A stretch of DNA of 60,522 bases from Dimargaris cristalligena (Eukaryota), in the NCBI GenBank assembly GCA_003614675.1, contig ML002243.1, positions 1-60,522 on the forward strand. Reading direction: 5' to 3'. Made by a program: the position numbers and the translations under genes. Under the pieces are notes generated by a model, which saw only the letters and a list, made by a program, of their open reading frames with translations, did no database searches and was not told the DNA's origin. Below, one piece after another: positions 37,571-50,667 of the stretch (within the stretch, counting starts at the first letter, position 1; every line of letters starts with the position of its first letter).

Positions 37571-39523
37571 GTTGGGCGAGGAAGTAACCCCCCCCCCTTC
37601 ACACTCTCGTGGTCCAGTATTTTCTTTAAAAAAATGGGATTTGAATAAAGCAATTGTTTTGGGGCTAATAATTATAGACCTTTTACCCCTCTCTGCCCTA
37701 TTGATCGAGGGGGACGCCGACACCACGCCTTGGGTGGTATAGCTGGGGACTTTATATTTTTTATTGAAGGAGTAGGTTGAAACTGGCTAATGTAATTGGC
37801 GATAAGTACGTGGCCTGTGTGTGTGTCTGTATAAACCCCCACTGACTAATATAATCCTTGGTTTTCGGAAGTTACGGATAGATTGGGCAGTGCCATTGTA
37901 ATTATTATCGAGGATGGGCTCAGGCTTTTCAACTATTGCCCCTGCTTTATATCTCACCGATGTAATATAAGATCCGAGAAGATTCGGACTGTAAGCCTTC
38001 GGTCAAATATCCAAGCTTAGAGTGGTCAGGAGGGGGGCAGAGGAGGTGGAAGGAGGGATATCGGAAACCCACCTTCGGCTTCCATGGCGGGGTTCGGAAA
38101 AATGCAGAGTAGTTCCAATTAGTCATGACGCCTCCCTCTCCCTCTCTTTCAACTCGAATAAAATAGTACATTAGTGTAATGGCCCATGCTTAGCCCTATA
38201 CATTTATATCCGGTTGCGCAGTAAAAGTTACACCAAGATATGAGCCGCGGCCATACTAACCGCGAGGGCCACACCATGGACTTATAGGCGGAATTTTGGA
38301 CCACTCAATGGACCCGGGCTCTGATATATATATATATATTCCGGGAACCCCCGTTTCAGAGGACAAAGGATCTGGGAATCATATGCCCAACGAAGGGTCT
38401 TTAGCCTTTTCGTCCGATCCCTCTTTCATCCCTCCCCACCCATCCAATAGGCGGGTACGGCCCCCAAAAATAGCTCGAGGCCCTCAATGAGGCCAGCGAA
38501 CATCCAATGCTTAGCAGCCCTTTTCCCTTCCTCCAGCTCTATTCTGGCAAATGGTTTAAGCCAAACTCCGCTGTATTCGATCTCCTACCTTCCCGTCCCC
38601 TCTGCTATACTCGCCAATTAGATATTGATGAGATCCGTGGCACAGAACAGGTGTACTTTATTCGCATATCCTTGGGCTGACCCAATTGACTGGTGTCGCC
38701 TTAGATTTGAGGGTACAGGGAAAGAGAAGGTGGAAAAAGAAGAGCCCAAGGATCTCTGTAAGTGGGGAGAGGGGGATAATTTAGGGAAAGGTCGAGGAGT
38801 TCCGAGCCGGCTAGCCATAGGCCCACACTATCCCCACCTCCTTGCTTTGGCTTCTTTCGATGCCTTCGGTGGAGAATATTACCCGATCCCGCCTCCCTTT
38901 GTTTAGTTTAACCAAAAGGGGCGTTCCTTCGATTTGCATAGTTTTAGTTCCTGCGCTAATTTTTAGGTGCGGCGTCGGCCACTTTGGTACCTTCCCGAAA
39001 ACCCTACCACTCAACAGGAACCATTCCCGCCCTATGCCCCGAAAAATGAACATATATAAATGGTCCCCCGCTCCCCTCTTCTGCTATTCAAAATCAACCT
39101 TACCACAGCCGATATTCACCCAGTCTAACACCAGTTTATTAATTGGAAGTCAACCGCCACTTATTTATATCACCAGCATTTGGTTTTTGAAAACGTTTCG
39201 CCCTATTATTCGTTTTGACCATTAATTCTACTTGTGATTTACATATAGTTTTGTCTATTCTTTTTTAGATTGATCCAGCCTAAAAAATAATATATATACT
39301 GGCGGCTTTCATTTTGAATTTTGACTATCCAGTTTAATAGATTTTTCGAGACCTGCCGGTCTGTGTATATAGGTTAATTTTTATAGATATTACTTTTTAA
39401 CTCGTCTTACTCTACCGTATCTAGCCCACTGCCACTAAATTATTTACCGTTTTACTTTTTTAAAACCCTGTTTTTACTTAACCCCCCGACCCCAGCCCAA
39501 AAAACCACCTTACTTTTATCATC

Positions 39524-40243
39524 ATGAAGATCCTCCTCGCTTACGTTGCCCTCCAGACCGTTTTGCCCGGCTATTTGGCCAGCCCGTCGCCCGCTCAGGC
39601 CACTGGTGGAATGGTACCTCTACATCGTCGGGACCTTGGTGGACCCTCTTCGTCAACCTTAGCCGCGTCCACCCCTTCCATTCAGCTCCAGAAGCGCAGC
39701 CCCTGGTTCAACCGGGAGGGCGAAACCGACACTAGCTCGTCCGACACCGATACTGACGAAGAGAACGTCCGCTACCCCGTCGAACAATCCAGTGCAGGCT
39801 TAGTGCGCCGCGGGCTTCGACTCCAGAAGCGCAGCCCCTGGTTCAACCGGGAGGGCGAAACCGACACTAGCTCGTCCGACACCGATACTGACGAAGAGAA
39901 CGTCCGCTACCCCGTCGAACAATCCAGTGCAGGCTTAGTGCGCCGCGGGCTTCGACTCCAGAAGCGCAGCCCTTGGTTCAACCGGGAGGGCGAAACCGAC
40001 ACTAGCTCGTCCGACACCGATACTGACGAAGAGAACGTCCGCTACCCCGTCGAACAACCCAGTGCAGGCTTAGTGCGCCGCGGGCTTCGACTCCAGAAGC
40101 GCAGCCCCTGGCTCAACCGGGAGGGCGAAACTGACACCAGCTCGTCCGACACCGATACCGATGAAGAGAACATCCGCGACACTGTGCCATTGGCGCGCCG
40201 TGGACTTTTCCGGCGTAAGTTTACGATGACGCGCGAAATCTAA
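39524..40243 (+). CDS. Secreted Kex2-processed repeat protein (peptide precursor)
   Basis: Signal-peptide-like MKILLAYVALQTVLPGYLA; four units each preceded by LQKR and followed by RR; 45-aa period. Confidence 0.85.
   Translation: MKILLAYVALQTVLPGYLASPSPAQATGGMVPLHRRDLGGPSSSTLAASTPSIQLQKRSPWFNREGETDTSSSDTDTDEENVRYPVEQSSAGLVRRGLRLQKRSPWFNREGETDTSSSDTDTDEENVRYPVEQSSAGLVRRGLRLQKRSPWFNREGETDTSSSDTDTDEENVRYPVEQPSAGLVRRGLRLQKRSPWLNREGETDTSSSDTDTDEENIRDTVPLARRGLFRRKFTMTREI
39686..40210 (+). repeat. 135-bp tandem coding repeat, 3 full copies + 1 diverging copy
   Basis: CTCCAGAAGCGCAGCCC starts at 39686, 39821, 39956 and 40091. Copies 1-2 appear identical; copies 3-4 carry a few substitutions. Confidence 0.95.
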
Positions 40244-41630
40244 TTAGCATTGCCAGCCTGGTCTATTTTGGGTAACATACAGCAAACATTGAAAGAGAAA
40301 CGTTCGAATAGTTCAGCAGACCATTACGTTTGTCGTATCAGAGGCATTGGTATTTTTAAATACGCATGCTAGTCTCGATACCATTACATACGCTCTTTCA
40401 GGAAGACTTCTTCTGCTAGTTTTACGATGCCTCGACGGCCTGACTATATTGCTTCGAATCGAGCTGGCCTACTCGATTAGTTTAGTTTTTTTTTCTTTGA
40501 TTGTGATGGAGTATGTAGCCCCGTGAGTGGGCTATTGGGTTAGTTTTTACTTATAGTTTTGAATTTTAGGATCTATTTATGGTTATATATTTGTATATAT
40601 TCTACTCGTTAGCTGGACTCAATAAACTGGAAGTCTTCCTTTTACTCTGGTCCTAGTCATGGTCCGCCGTGTAGTTCGAGCTAGGCCAATTCGTTGAATG
40701 AATGTATATCTGGCTCATACCCACTTGGATACTGTCCCACCCCCCCCCAGACTTTCTCTCTTGGTATACTTGACTGAACGGGGCTTTAGTTTGCCCTAGT
40801 CCTTTTCCCCACCGACCAAATCATAGATACACCCGACAAATTGGTCTGATAGCGGCATTTTTCAATTCTAACGGTGGCGGTGAACCAGGGAACAACTTCG
40901 GCTCAGCTCCTGAAATCTAAGTGCAGGCCTCGTGTATTATCGCCACAGTATCGCTTAGCACACCACTCTCATATTTCTCCTGCGGTAGGTACGATAGTTA
41001 GGTATGGGGCAGGGGGGAGAGGTGCATACTTGCCGTTAATAGTAGCGGTTCCCTCAGTTTATAAGAGACGGAGGCGACTAAAACCACCATCCGTTTTGCT
41101 GAGGAACTCCGCTCTCCTGGAACAGTTAAAAGCTCAACCTACCGATTCGAGATGGAAAGTACTTTTCACGCACAGCAACAGGAGCAGTTTTACCACACTC
41201 ATGTACGCGCACACACTCGCACTCTCGCGCATGTGGATTGGTGATGACTGGGTGTTGGCATGTCGGTGCAGTAGAAGTGGTCGACAGGAGAGAGAAGCAG
41301 TGGGGGTGAATTGTAGTATTCGTACGCAATTGAATTAGTCGATCCAAGGGAGAGTCATCGCCATATTCATAAGCAGTCCTATATAAGGTTCCGGCTGGGC
41401 ATCCGGGAATCGGATTTCTAAATGCCGTTCCTTATTTACACCCTCTAATGACCGGGTTAGTCTGTTTATCGCCCTCTTAGCCGTAAGCATCTCCACTTAC
41501 TTCTGCTTGTAATGCCCGTAACGCCCTGCACCGCTTCTCCCTCGTCATATTGATTTCCTCTTTCTTCCCATTCCTCCTCCTCCGCTGTGTTGCACTTCCC
41601 GACGAAATGACTTATTATAACTGTTTTAGT

Positions 41631-42014
41631 ATGAAGTCCCTTATCATGTTCCTCTCGCTCCAAGCCCTCCTGTCCGGCGGATACATGGCCCTTCCGATTG
41701 AAGAAAAGCAGCCGGCGCCCGGGGCCGGGGCCAGTCTGGGGGAACTCAACTCGCTTCTACCCACCGACTCCATCATCCAGACGCTAGAATTGTACATCAA
41801 GGGGAAGCCCATTCTTCCGTTTAGCCGGCGTAGCTGTGCCGAAGGCCACTCCGGTTCGGCGCCCAGCTACCGCCGTGTACCGGGCGGGGCGGCGGTCTCC
41901 AAGTGCCAGCCCCGTCCCAAGTCGGTCCAAGCGACCGCTCCGGGCTCGAACGCCGCGGATAGTAGTGACACCAGCGATGATGGGGAAACATCCTCCAGCG
42001 ACGACGACGATTGA
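41631..42014 (+). CDS. Small secreted protein, diverged paralog of the repeat precursor
   Basis: Signal MKSLIMFLSLQALLSGGYMALP aligns with MKILLAYVALQTVLPG-YLASP. Internal RR sites. Ends GETSSSDDDD. Likely 5'UTR intron ending TTTTAG just before the ATG. Confidence 0.72.
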   Translation: MKSLIMFLSLQALLSGGYMALPIEEKQPAPGAGASLGELNSLLPTDSIIQTLELYIKGKPILPFSRRSCAEGHSGSAPSYRRVPGGAAVSKCQPRPKSVQATAPGSNAADSSDTSDDGETSSSDDDD

Positions 42015-43161
42015 GCTCGTTATCCCGAAGACGCGTTCATCATCCGTCAGCCGCGCGGCCCTAATTTAAAGTCGAGGAATTGGGGGTTAAACCTGGGTTT
42101 CCCCCTCCTTGGACCGATTTTATTTTTTACTAGTTAGGCCATTGTCACCTAACCGGTTCGTCAGGCAACGTCGATCGGGTGCCCGTTTTAGGCGCAGCGA
42201 TTCGGCGACGCCTAATCAATCTCGAAACGTCCTTTCCGGGGTGGTGCATTTCGATGCCGTTTATCGATTTAATTATTTGCTATTCATCCATGCATAAAGA
42301 GCTTTTTATTTATGGTTCCCTTGATATCTCCCCCTTTATTCCTTCGCAGCTATATTACAGTGGGGTAAATTAACTGGACATGATCCTTCGGACCGCGGGG
42401 GTATTGGCTGATGCTATGAATTATACGGGGAATAGACTAGGCCGTGGGGGGGTCACAGGACAACCGCCGGTATAGTATAGGATTGGTAATGATGGGGTAA
42501 AGTAAATAGGCACACCCCAAATTAGTCAGGTGGGGTGGTTATCTTTTATTGGAGGAAACTCAGCAGCGTCACAGAGAGTGGTTCGTATTACAAAAGGGCA
42601 TGTGATGTGCTAAATCGCTCTAGTGTTGGCAGCCTGATAGATACCACGAGTTGTTTGTTCTCTCTCTGCGCTTGGTTGAAAGTGGTTGTTGAATGGATTT
42701 AGAAGAGAGGGTTCGTAATAAAGGCTAGATATATTGGCCACATTCAGTGACTTGCATTGCCCAAAGCCGCACAATCGAAGTGAGGCGGAATGGTATATAT
42801 AATATATATTACGCATACTACTGTCAGGTGCCAGCCTCACCCATTTAATGCTGTTCTCTTCGTACTAAACCGACCACCATTGTTTCCCCCGTTGTTTCTC
42901 GTTAGTTATCCACTGTTTCTAATACTATTTGGTTATTTATATCTCTATCTTTTATAGCTCCGTCTTTTAGCTTCAGCCTTTTTCTCCCGTTCGCCCCATT
43001 CTCTCGGCCCTTTGAGACATCCCACTGGCCAGGGCCTCCCCCTCTCCTTCCTTCTAATTAGCCTGCTACTTAGGTCCTGCCCAGCCATCCGCTACCTCGG
43101 TGCCTCAACTTATCCCTTTTCTTCTTAGCTTCTGCTTGCCCGCATCCTATTTCGGGTTTTC

Positions 43162-44629
43162 ATGGTGGATTCACAGGCGGTCAAGGCCACGTCTGAGGAG
43201 CATAGAGAACACCGGCTTTATGCTTTAAAGACTTTCATTGCTGGCGGTGTCGCCGGTTGTGCCGGTAAGTACCCCACCCTCCGTAAGGACCATTGTGTAG
43301 TTCCTCCATGTAGGTTCACCCTCCTGGCTGAATTGTCAATGAGAGCATTCCTTAGGGCGGATTGGTCAGACCCTCTTCTCCTCTCCCCTGGGTCCGGGCA
43401 GGGACTTAGCCTGGCGGTCCCAATGTGCCCCCTCTGCTCGCAAACTAACCCGCAGTTGATTCTCTCTTTTCTTTTGGTTATAATGCTCTAAATGCCGGCA
43501 CACTTGAACCGCCCTGAAGGGAAAACCGTGGTTGCTCCATTGGACCGGGTCAAAATCCTATTTCAGGCCAACCAGCCCCAGTTCCAGAAATATGCCGGTT
43601 CTATGACTGGCGTAGTACGTGCCGGCCGGGAAATTGTGGCTACTCAGGGCGTGTCGGGTTTGTACCGGGGGCACTCCATGTCCCTGCTGCGGATTTTCCC
43701 CTACGCGGCTATTAAATTCATGGCCTACGAGCAGATTCGACTGGTAAGTGCCGAGTTTCGGAGGGGCTATTTAACATTTAGTATTTATCCTTGATTAGGG
43801 ATACTATCGGCACAGTTAGGCAAGGGTGTTCGCACAGCTACTATTCGGCCTAATTAGTATGTACGTCAATCGTCACTCACCCCGCCCATTTCCCGTACCT
43901 GCTAATACCCTTCCGCCCCACCTTTACTAGATTTTAATGCCAACGGCCTCCCATGAAACGGACATACGAACCGCCTTGGCCGGGTCGCTGGCGGGTGTCT
44001 CCTCAGTTATCGTCACCTACCCCTTGGAGCTCATCCGAGTCCGTATGGCCTACGATACGACCCAGGGGGTCCGCAATAAGGTTTTAAAGACACTGCGTGC
44101 CATCTACGGCGAGTCCGGATACAAGTCTACGCTGTTCCGGCACCCTATTCGCAATTTCTACAGTGGGTTTGGGTTCACCATTATGGGTATGATGCCCTAC
44201 GCGGGGGTCTCCTTCTACACCTACGAATCCCTTTACCAAGCGTGTGTGAAGCGGTTTCCCGAATTGACCGTGATCAAACGCCCCCAAGATCTAGCGAATG
44301 CCGGCGCCTCTTCCAACAGCAAGAAGAAGCGGAAACGGGGACCCCGGTTGAACTGGTGGTCCGAGCTACTCATAGGTGGTACGGCGGGTATCATCGGCCA
44401 AACCATTTCCTACCCGTTTGAAGTAACCCGGCGGTGGATACAGGTAGCGGGCGTCCGTAATCCCGGGTCTAAGCCTAAACCCATGCAAATCATAGGCGAA
44501 ATTATGGCCACCAAGGGAATTCGCGGTTTCTACGTCGGACTTAGCATCGGATACATTAAAGTAGCACCCATGTCGGCCGTTGCCTTTTACGTTTACGAAC
44601 GTATGAAGTACCTACTCAAGGTTGAATAG
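43162..44629 (+). CDS. LEU5: Mitochondrial carrier, CoA transporter type (Leu5/SLC25A16/A42), 3 exons
   Basis: Exons 43162-43264, 43520-43743, 43931-44629. Carrier signatures [52 protein letters not shown]. Confidence 0.88.
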
Positions 44630-45490
44630 TGTGGCATGAATCTTCGGGATGTCATCTGTTTCTATTTTGTTTTCCTTCCGTGGTGGTTCCGGAAATAGAG
44701 GGAGATACCCTTTGTGTGTATTCCCAGGCAATGGGACCAACCAGCATATTCGCTTCTTGTTTAGTCCGACTTGCCTTGAGGAATTGTACACCACTTCTCT
44801 TATATCCCTCATATATTTATTTCCCCTCTTCTACTAGACTGTTATCTTGTAGCCCTTTGAGGGCCACACGCCTCCATCTCAATGCCAGTACATCGTAAAT
44901 TACCCAGGCGAACCGTTCCAATCTTCCATTGTAGTTCAACTGTTTTTTCATTCCTAACCAACCATATTACCCCTGTCGCCGTAATTCCCATTGTATTTAG
45001 CCACCCCGCTAATAAACCAAGGCATGTCGAGCAGTGCCATGCCGGAGTATTTATCATATATTGGGCTGACTTGCCTTACCATTGATTCTGTACTTGAGAT
45101 TGCAGGGTTGATCGATTATTACAAGTGGCTGAATTCATAGGGCTCGTGATTAATTATAGCATTGTTATGCAGTCTGAGGAATAGGTCTATTATAGTCGGG
45201 GACATCCTGTAAATAGTGATGGGAAGTTAGGCCCAAAGCCCACACGGTAACTAACCTCCTATTGGTACCCACCCCTGCTAAACAACGAGATGGCGATGTG
45301 TATTCCACCACACCTCTGCAACTCTCCAGGGTGCCCTACTATGTGCCGAGGTTAACTTCACCCTCCCATTGCTTCATCGTATAGCTCTTCCCATTGTCTT
45401 GCCTCCAGTTCCTCCCATTCCATCCGTTTTCCATTTTATTAGTTCGGTTCTTAGCACCCCCACTTTCTCCTCTCGATACATTGGCCTAGC

Positions 45491-48431
45491 ATGTCAAACG
45501 ACTCACCCCTGGATACGCAGGGCTCAGCCGCTCAGTTCAATTCCCGCCAGTCCACCGGATCGACCCAGGATCTGCCAGACGAATGGACTGAGTAAGACTA
45601 TTTCTCAATTGCTACCAGAAAACGGTAGGAAAGTGGAGGGGGTGGGTGAGTTGTACTACCCATCTCTAAGCTAGTTCCTGAGCTGGGGAACGTCATGTAG
45701 GGAGTTTTCCTTAGGCGCACCTCCTCCCAGCCCATTGCTTACCTAGTCCAGGGCCGCATTAAGCAACCGGCAATGCCGTTGCCATGAGTCGTTCAGCCCC
45801 CTCCCCTCCTCCATCGACCATTTCGTATATTGTTTTATGCTCGTATATCCCGTAATTCTAATCCACACTCTTTACTTATTCCTGCTCTTCCTGGACTACA
45901 CCAACACTAGAAAATTGCTCGAACCCGAAGACCCCACGAACCAAGATACCGTGTACGCCCGCCTAGAAAAGGAACTTCACACCGGTGGTAGCTACTACGC
46001 CCTACTCAACGTGCCTACCGATGCCTCACTCGAACAGATTCGCGATAGTTACCGGCGCCTATGTCTGCTGTTTCACCCCGACCGGCAGAATTCCCCTGAG
46101 GCCAGCCATATTGCCCGACACCAATTCGAGAAAATCCATCTGGCCTACGAGGGTAAGTTATTCCAGAAAGAAAAAATCCCAGACTTCACAAGACCCTGCT
46201 ATTTTACACTACTTTGGTTGATTCGGGATTTACCTATCCGGTGGCTGTAACGGCTCATTGTTATGTCCTACGTAATAGTAACCCCGCGGCCGTCATCTAC
46301 TTATTTTCCTATTATTTACTATCCATCGGGCGACGTACGATACACCACAGTGCTCTCGGACCCCCAACGACGCCTGGTCTACGATGAACTGGGCGAAGGT
46401 GGTCTATTCCTGACCAAAGACACTCAGGTCACCGAACAAGAAAAGGATACCTTGTTGGGCGCGGGTGTAGTCGGCCAACGATTCAAGACTCGCGACGAAT
46501 TGCGCCGGGAAATGGAACGCCGGATTCTACAGCAACGCCAGGAAACCCTACGCCACTTGATCAAATCAACCGGTGAAATTGAAATTCAGGTAAACGCAGT
46601 GCCCGTTTTAAATTATCGGCCGAAGGATGAATTGTTCTCCGATCCCCTGGCTCAGCCCCCTAAAGAAGAGCAGGAGGAAGAAGGCCCCGTTCGCCTGGTG
46701 ACTAACCAGGGCTCCTTTACTCTCGCCCAGACCGCCTCAGCCCTAACCCGTCCAATTCGGTCGGTTTGGCAATGTCTGGACCAGGCCCAATCCGAAAGCG
46801 TCAAGGTACAGCACGGCTTTGATGTTCCCTTGACGGACCAGCTGTCGGCCTCCCTGGTGGGTAGCATCACCGCCGGCGGCCAAGCGATGCGGGCCGATAC
46901 GATCAAGATGGTGCTGAAGCACCACCAGAGCAGTAATCTGTTTACCCAGTATGGAGTAACTCTCACCCAGCCCCGCCAAATCAGTTTCCAGGGGCAGTAC
47001 CAAATGGGGCAACAGGCGTTCATGAACTGGAAAACCACCATGAGCCGTCCGAATCGACCTCCCCCCGCCAGTTTTACCGTCGGCCGGGTCCTGTCGAATC
47101 GCGTCACCATGATGGCTACCTTCAAAACGGGTACGTGGTCCATCGGAAGCTGGGGCCGGCATCCCGGACTGGGGGGAGGCACCCGGCGGTCCCCGGCCCC
47201 CGTATCCGGCAACGGTTTGTGGCTATTCCCCAAGGCTTCCACCTCGCTCTGTTTCGTACATAATACCCGAAAGACCAATACCTCCGTGGATGTCCAGGCC
47301 GGACTAGCCGAGTCCTACCTGGCGGGCAATTACCGCCGTAATTTGCAGCCAGGGGTCGATTTAACCGGTATCGTGTCCCTATCCAACCAGTCGGGCCTTT
47401 ATTGTGCGCTGGGGACCGAAAATCGTGTCACCGCCCATTCCCGCCTGGGGTGGCGCTTAAGTTTCGGGTTTCCCATGGGTATCATCCTGCAGCTCCAGTT
47501 CAGCCGGCTGGGCCAGACCGTACGGGTCCCCGTCATCCTTACCCACTCCCCATCGTTGCGCACCCTAGTCCTAGCCCTCGCGGTGCCCATGGTCACCTCC
47601 GTGGCCCTCCACCAGTGGGTCGTCAAACCCCGGCGGCGGCGCCAAATTCGGGACCAGGTCGACGTGCTCCGCGACGAATTCCGGGACACTTTACTGACCC
47701 GTCGGCGGGAGGCCGAATCGACCTGGGAGATTTTGCGTCCCCTATCTGCCAAAAAGATGGCCGCCGAGACCCAGAGTCACGGTCTGGTGATCGTGGAGGC
47801 CTATTACGGCCACTTTGGTCGCCCCTTAAACGGATCTAAAACCCATGGGAGGGGTGGTCCCATTGCTGCCGCCGCCTCCTCCTCTTCGTCCTCCTTGCAC
47901 GCGGGCTCAACCATTTCTTCGACCCTCCGCCAGTCCCTAGCGTCCATTCCCCTCGGTATGTTCGTTCCATCGACCGCCAACGTCGATGATCAGCGGGGAA
48001 CGGACTCCTCTAAGAATAGTCCCCGGGTCATTGATGTCACCATCCCGGTACAATATTTGGTGACCGACTCCCGACTGCTTATCCACGGGGGTACGTCCAA
48101 GGCCGATTTGGTGGGCTTTTACGATCCTTGTTTCGGTGAAACTAAGCAGCTGCGGGTGACTTATCGGTTCAATGATCAGTTACATACCGCAATTGTGGAT
48201 GACCAGGCGCCCCTGGCATGCCCGCTACGATGTAAGTTAACTGATTTAATTTTATATCCTTTTGTTTGGACGCAAGGATACTAGGTCCCTTGGGTGGATT
48301 TGTGTTTGTAAATACTATGCTATGAATCACTGGAACTAATAGTTAATTTTTGCACAACTATGTTATATCTCTTATTACCCTAATGGGGTATTATCGCGTT
48401 CAACCCGAAAATTCCAGCCCATTTGGAATGA
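45491..48431 (+). CDS. DNAJC11-like J-domain protein, 4 exons
   Basis: Exons 45491-45591, 45911-46152, 46351-48231, 48418-48431. J domain YYALLNV...FHPDR...AYEVLSDPQRRLVYD; C-terminal RLGQ..VPV, GLVIVEAYYG, IDVTIPVQ, GFYDPCFGETKQLRVTYRF. Confidence 0.9.
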
Positions 48432-48869
48432 TGAAGACTGCTAAGACCACTCGCTGGATCCCTTTGCCATTAACGCCCGGCGATGGGTCACGATACAAAC
48501 AATTGAATAGACAACCATCAACACAGCATTCCTCGTATCCCATTTCCTCCCCCTCCCAATCTATTGGAGGTTGGTTTACATATTCATTACGCCTCGTTTC
48601 TTCTCCTACCTGGGTCTCTTATTTTTCTGAACATCAAATATAAATCGAAATATATCCATTTTCATTTTCATTGGTTTGTACATGAGAGGTGGTATCGGCA
48701 CTACTTTTTTTTTTTGGATTTCAGTGTTTAGCTAACAAAGTCCGCCTACAGTACCCCCCTACCTAGACTGCTTAATCTCGAGAGCCCAGTGCAGCTGAAA
48801 TACTTCCTACCAATACCAAGTTGGTAGTATAGGGGGAGGGGCACAGGCAGATGCTCGCCAATTGTCGGA

Positions 48870-50069
48870 CTAATCGTCCCAGATCAATTGGGGCTGCCCT
48901 TTTGACTGGGAACGTTTGGCCTGGGTTGGTGGTTTCGATGCAGTAGGCACTACCGTAGGGCCCATGGCGCCGTAGTTCACCGAATACACCGGTGATGGAC
49001 CTTTCTCCTTTTTCTTCGCCTGTCGGATTTCGTGTTCCATTCGCTCCCGGCGGTGCTGACGAAGTCGGGCCTCCTGGAGAGTGTCCCGAGCCTGCTTATC
49101 CTGCTGTCTCAATTCCCGGCGTTTCTGGGTTACCTTCTGGTTCTTGGTTAAGCGAGCCGGGGCGTCGCTGTAGGTGGCGGTGTACGGGGTGGACGAGGAG
49201 GGCGGGGGACGACCTGTTCAAAATACATTAAATATCAGGAGTAGGACCCAGCATGCCATCCAGAGGGGAAGATAGGGTATTGATGAGTGAATTCAGCGCT
49301 GGATCGGGCTTTCGAGTACCTTTGGATATATATTCAATTGACCAGTCAGCTATTCGGAGGTCTAGCGGCTTTGAATATGAAACACATAGAAAAATATATA
49401 ACAATTCAACTTACGTTTAGGCGCAGGGGAAGATTTAGACACTACTCGAAGAATGCCGAATGTTTTGCCGCTTTTCCGTGACTCATGATCCGACGGATGA
49501 GCCATAACGGGGGCCTCAGTGTCCGAGTCGTCTTCACTGCTGCTACTACTGTCGCTATTTTTACCGGCCTCGGGTTCAGCTGGAACAACCGGCGACTTCT
49601 TAGCCGTGGGTGTGGACCGATTCACTGTCGCTCCCTTAGGCCCCCGGACTGGCCCTGGTTTGGAGGTTTGGGTCTGATTGGATGTCGAAGTCGAAGTTGG
49701 AGCCGGAGCCGGGGAGGGAGATGCCCCAGGGGTAGGGGTTAGTGGAATACGGGACTGGGGCTTAGGCTTGGACTTGGGTTCGGGCACTGCGGGGCAGGAA
49801 GACGGTGGTGGTGGTGGTGGCGATGACGACGACGATGGCTTGCCGGTGGAGCCGGTTTCCGTGACTGGCTCTGGCGATGCTGGACCCTCTTTTTGGTTCC
49901 GTTTCTTCTTGCGGGCACGCTTGGCGGCCGATTTAGAAAGTTTGGCGGGTACATCGGCCGCTACGGGGGATGAAAGAGTGGATGAGGTTGGACTGGCATC
50001 TGGGCGACGCTGGCGGTTATACACGTAAGCACCCGCTATAGCGGAGGCCACCAAGAGGTAGGGCCACAT
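48870..50069 (-). CDS. Hypothetical N-anchored membrane protein with low-complexity linker and basic coiled-coil, 2 exons
   Basis: MWPYLLVASAIAGAYVY anchor. Exon 50069-49415 splices in phase to 49213-48870, giving LTKNQKVTQKRRELRQQDKQARDTLQEARLRQHRR. Confidence 0.72.
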
Positions 50070-50667
50070 GTCGGGGGCAGTACTGACTAATATATATATA
50101 AATATATATAAAAACAAGGAAATGAAGCTAAACAGGTTAAGGAGAATGGTCTATTGTTAACCTAGGCTGGATAAGGAAGCACAGTGCTGTGGAAGCCAAG
50201 CCCAAGGTTAGTAAGTATCGCGTATCTGAGTCAATTGTCTCACCAACGACAGTCACCAATTAACTAAGTCTGTGCTCTACTTCAACTGGCGTGACAGACG
50301 ACTATTTTGATGGGCAAAATGGCATTGGTCTAGCCCTGATTAGCCATGCAATCTTAGGGTCGAGTCTGTAGACTCGTTAGGCTAAACACTAACACGACGA
50401 TATATTCCTTGCCTCAAGAGACTTATAAAGCCATCCCAGGCATGTATCGCACCATTTACCCCGTCGATTTTAACTAAACTATTTTGCCAAGCGGTTTAGG
50501 TTTTTGAATTCCGAGTTTATTACTCAGATGGGCCACCATGCCTAAATATCTGATGAAAGAGAATACTTAAACAGAGGAATTTGTGCTTATAAGCCAAGCG
50601 AGGATATTCATGAACTGCTTGTCCTTCGGGGGGGGGAGAGAAGGTCGTTGTCCAACCGGATATCCAG

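Noticed and set aside
39686-40210. Regularly spaced repeats as a CRISPR-like array
   Set aside because: Whole 135-bp units repeat with no unique spacers, stay in frame within a CDS, and the context is eukaryotic.
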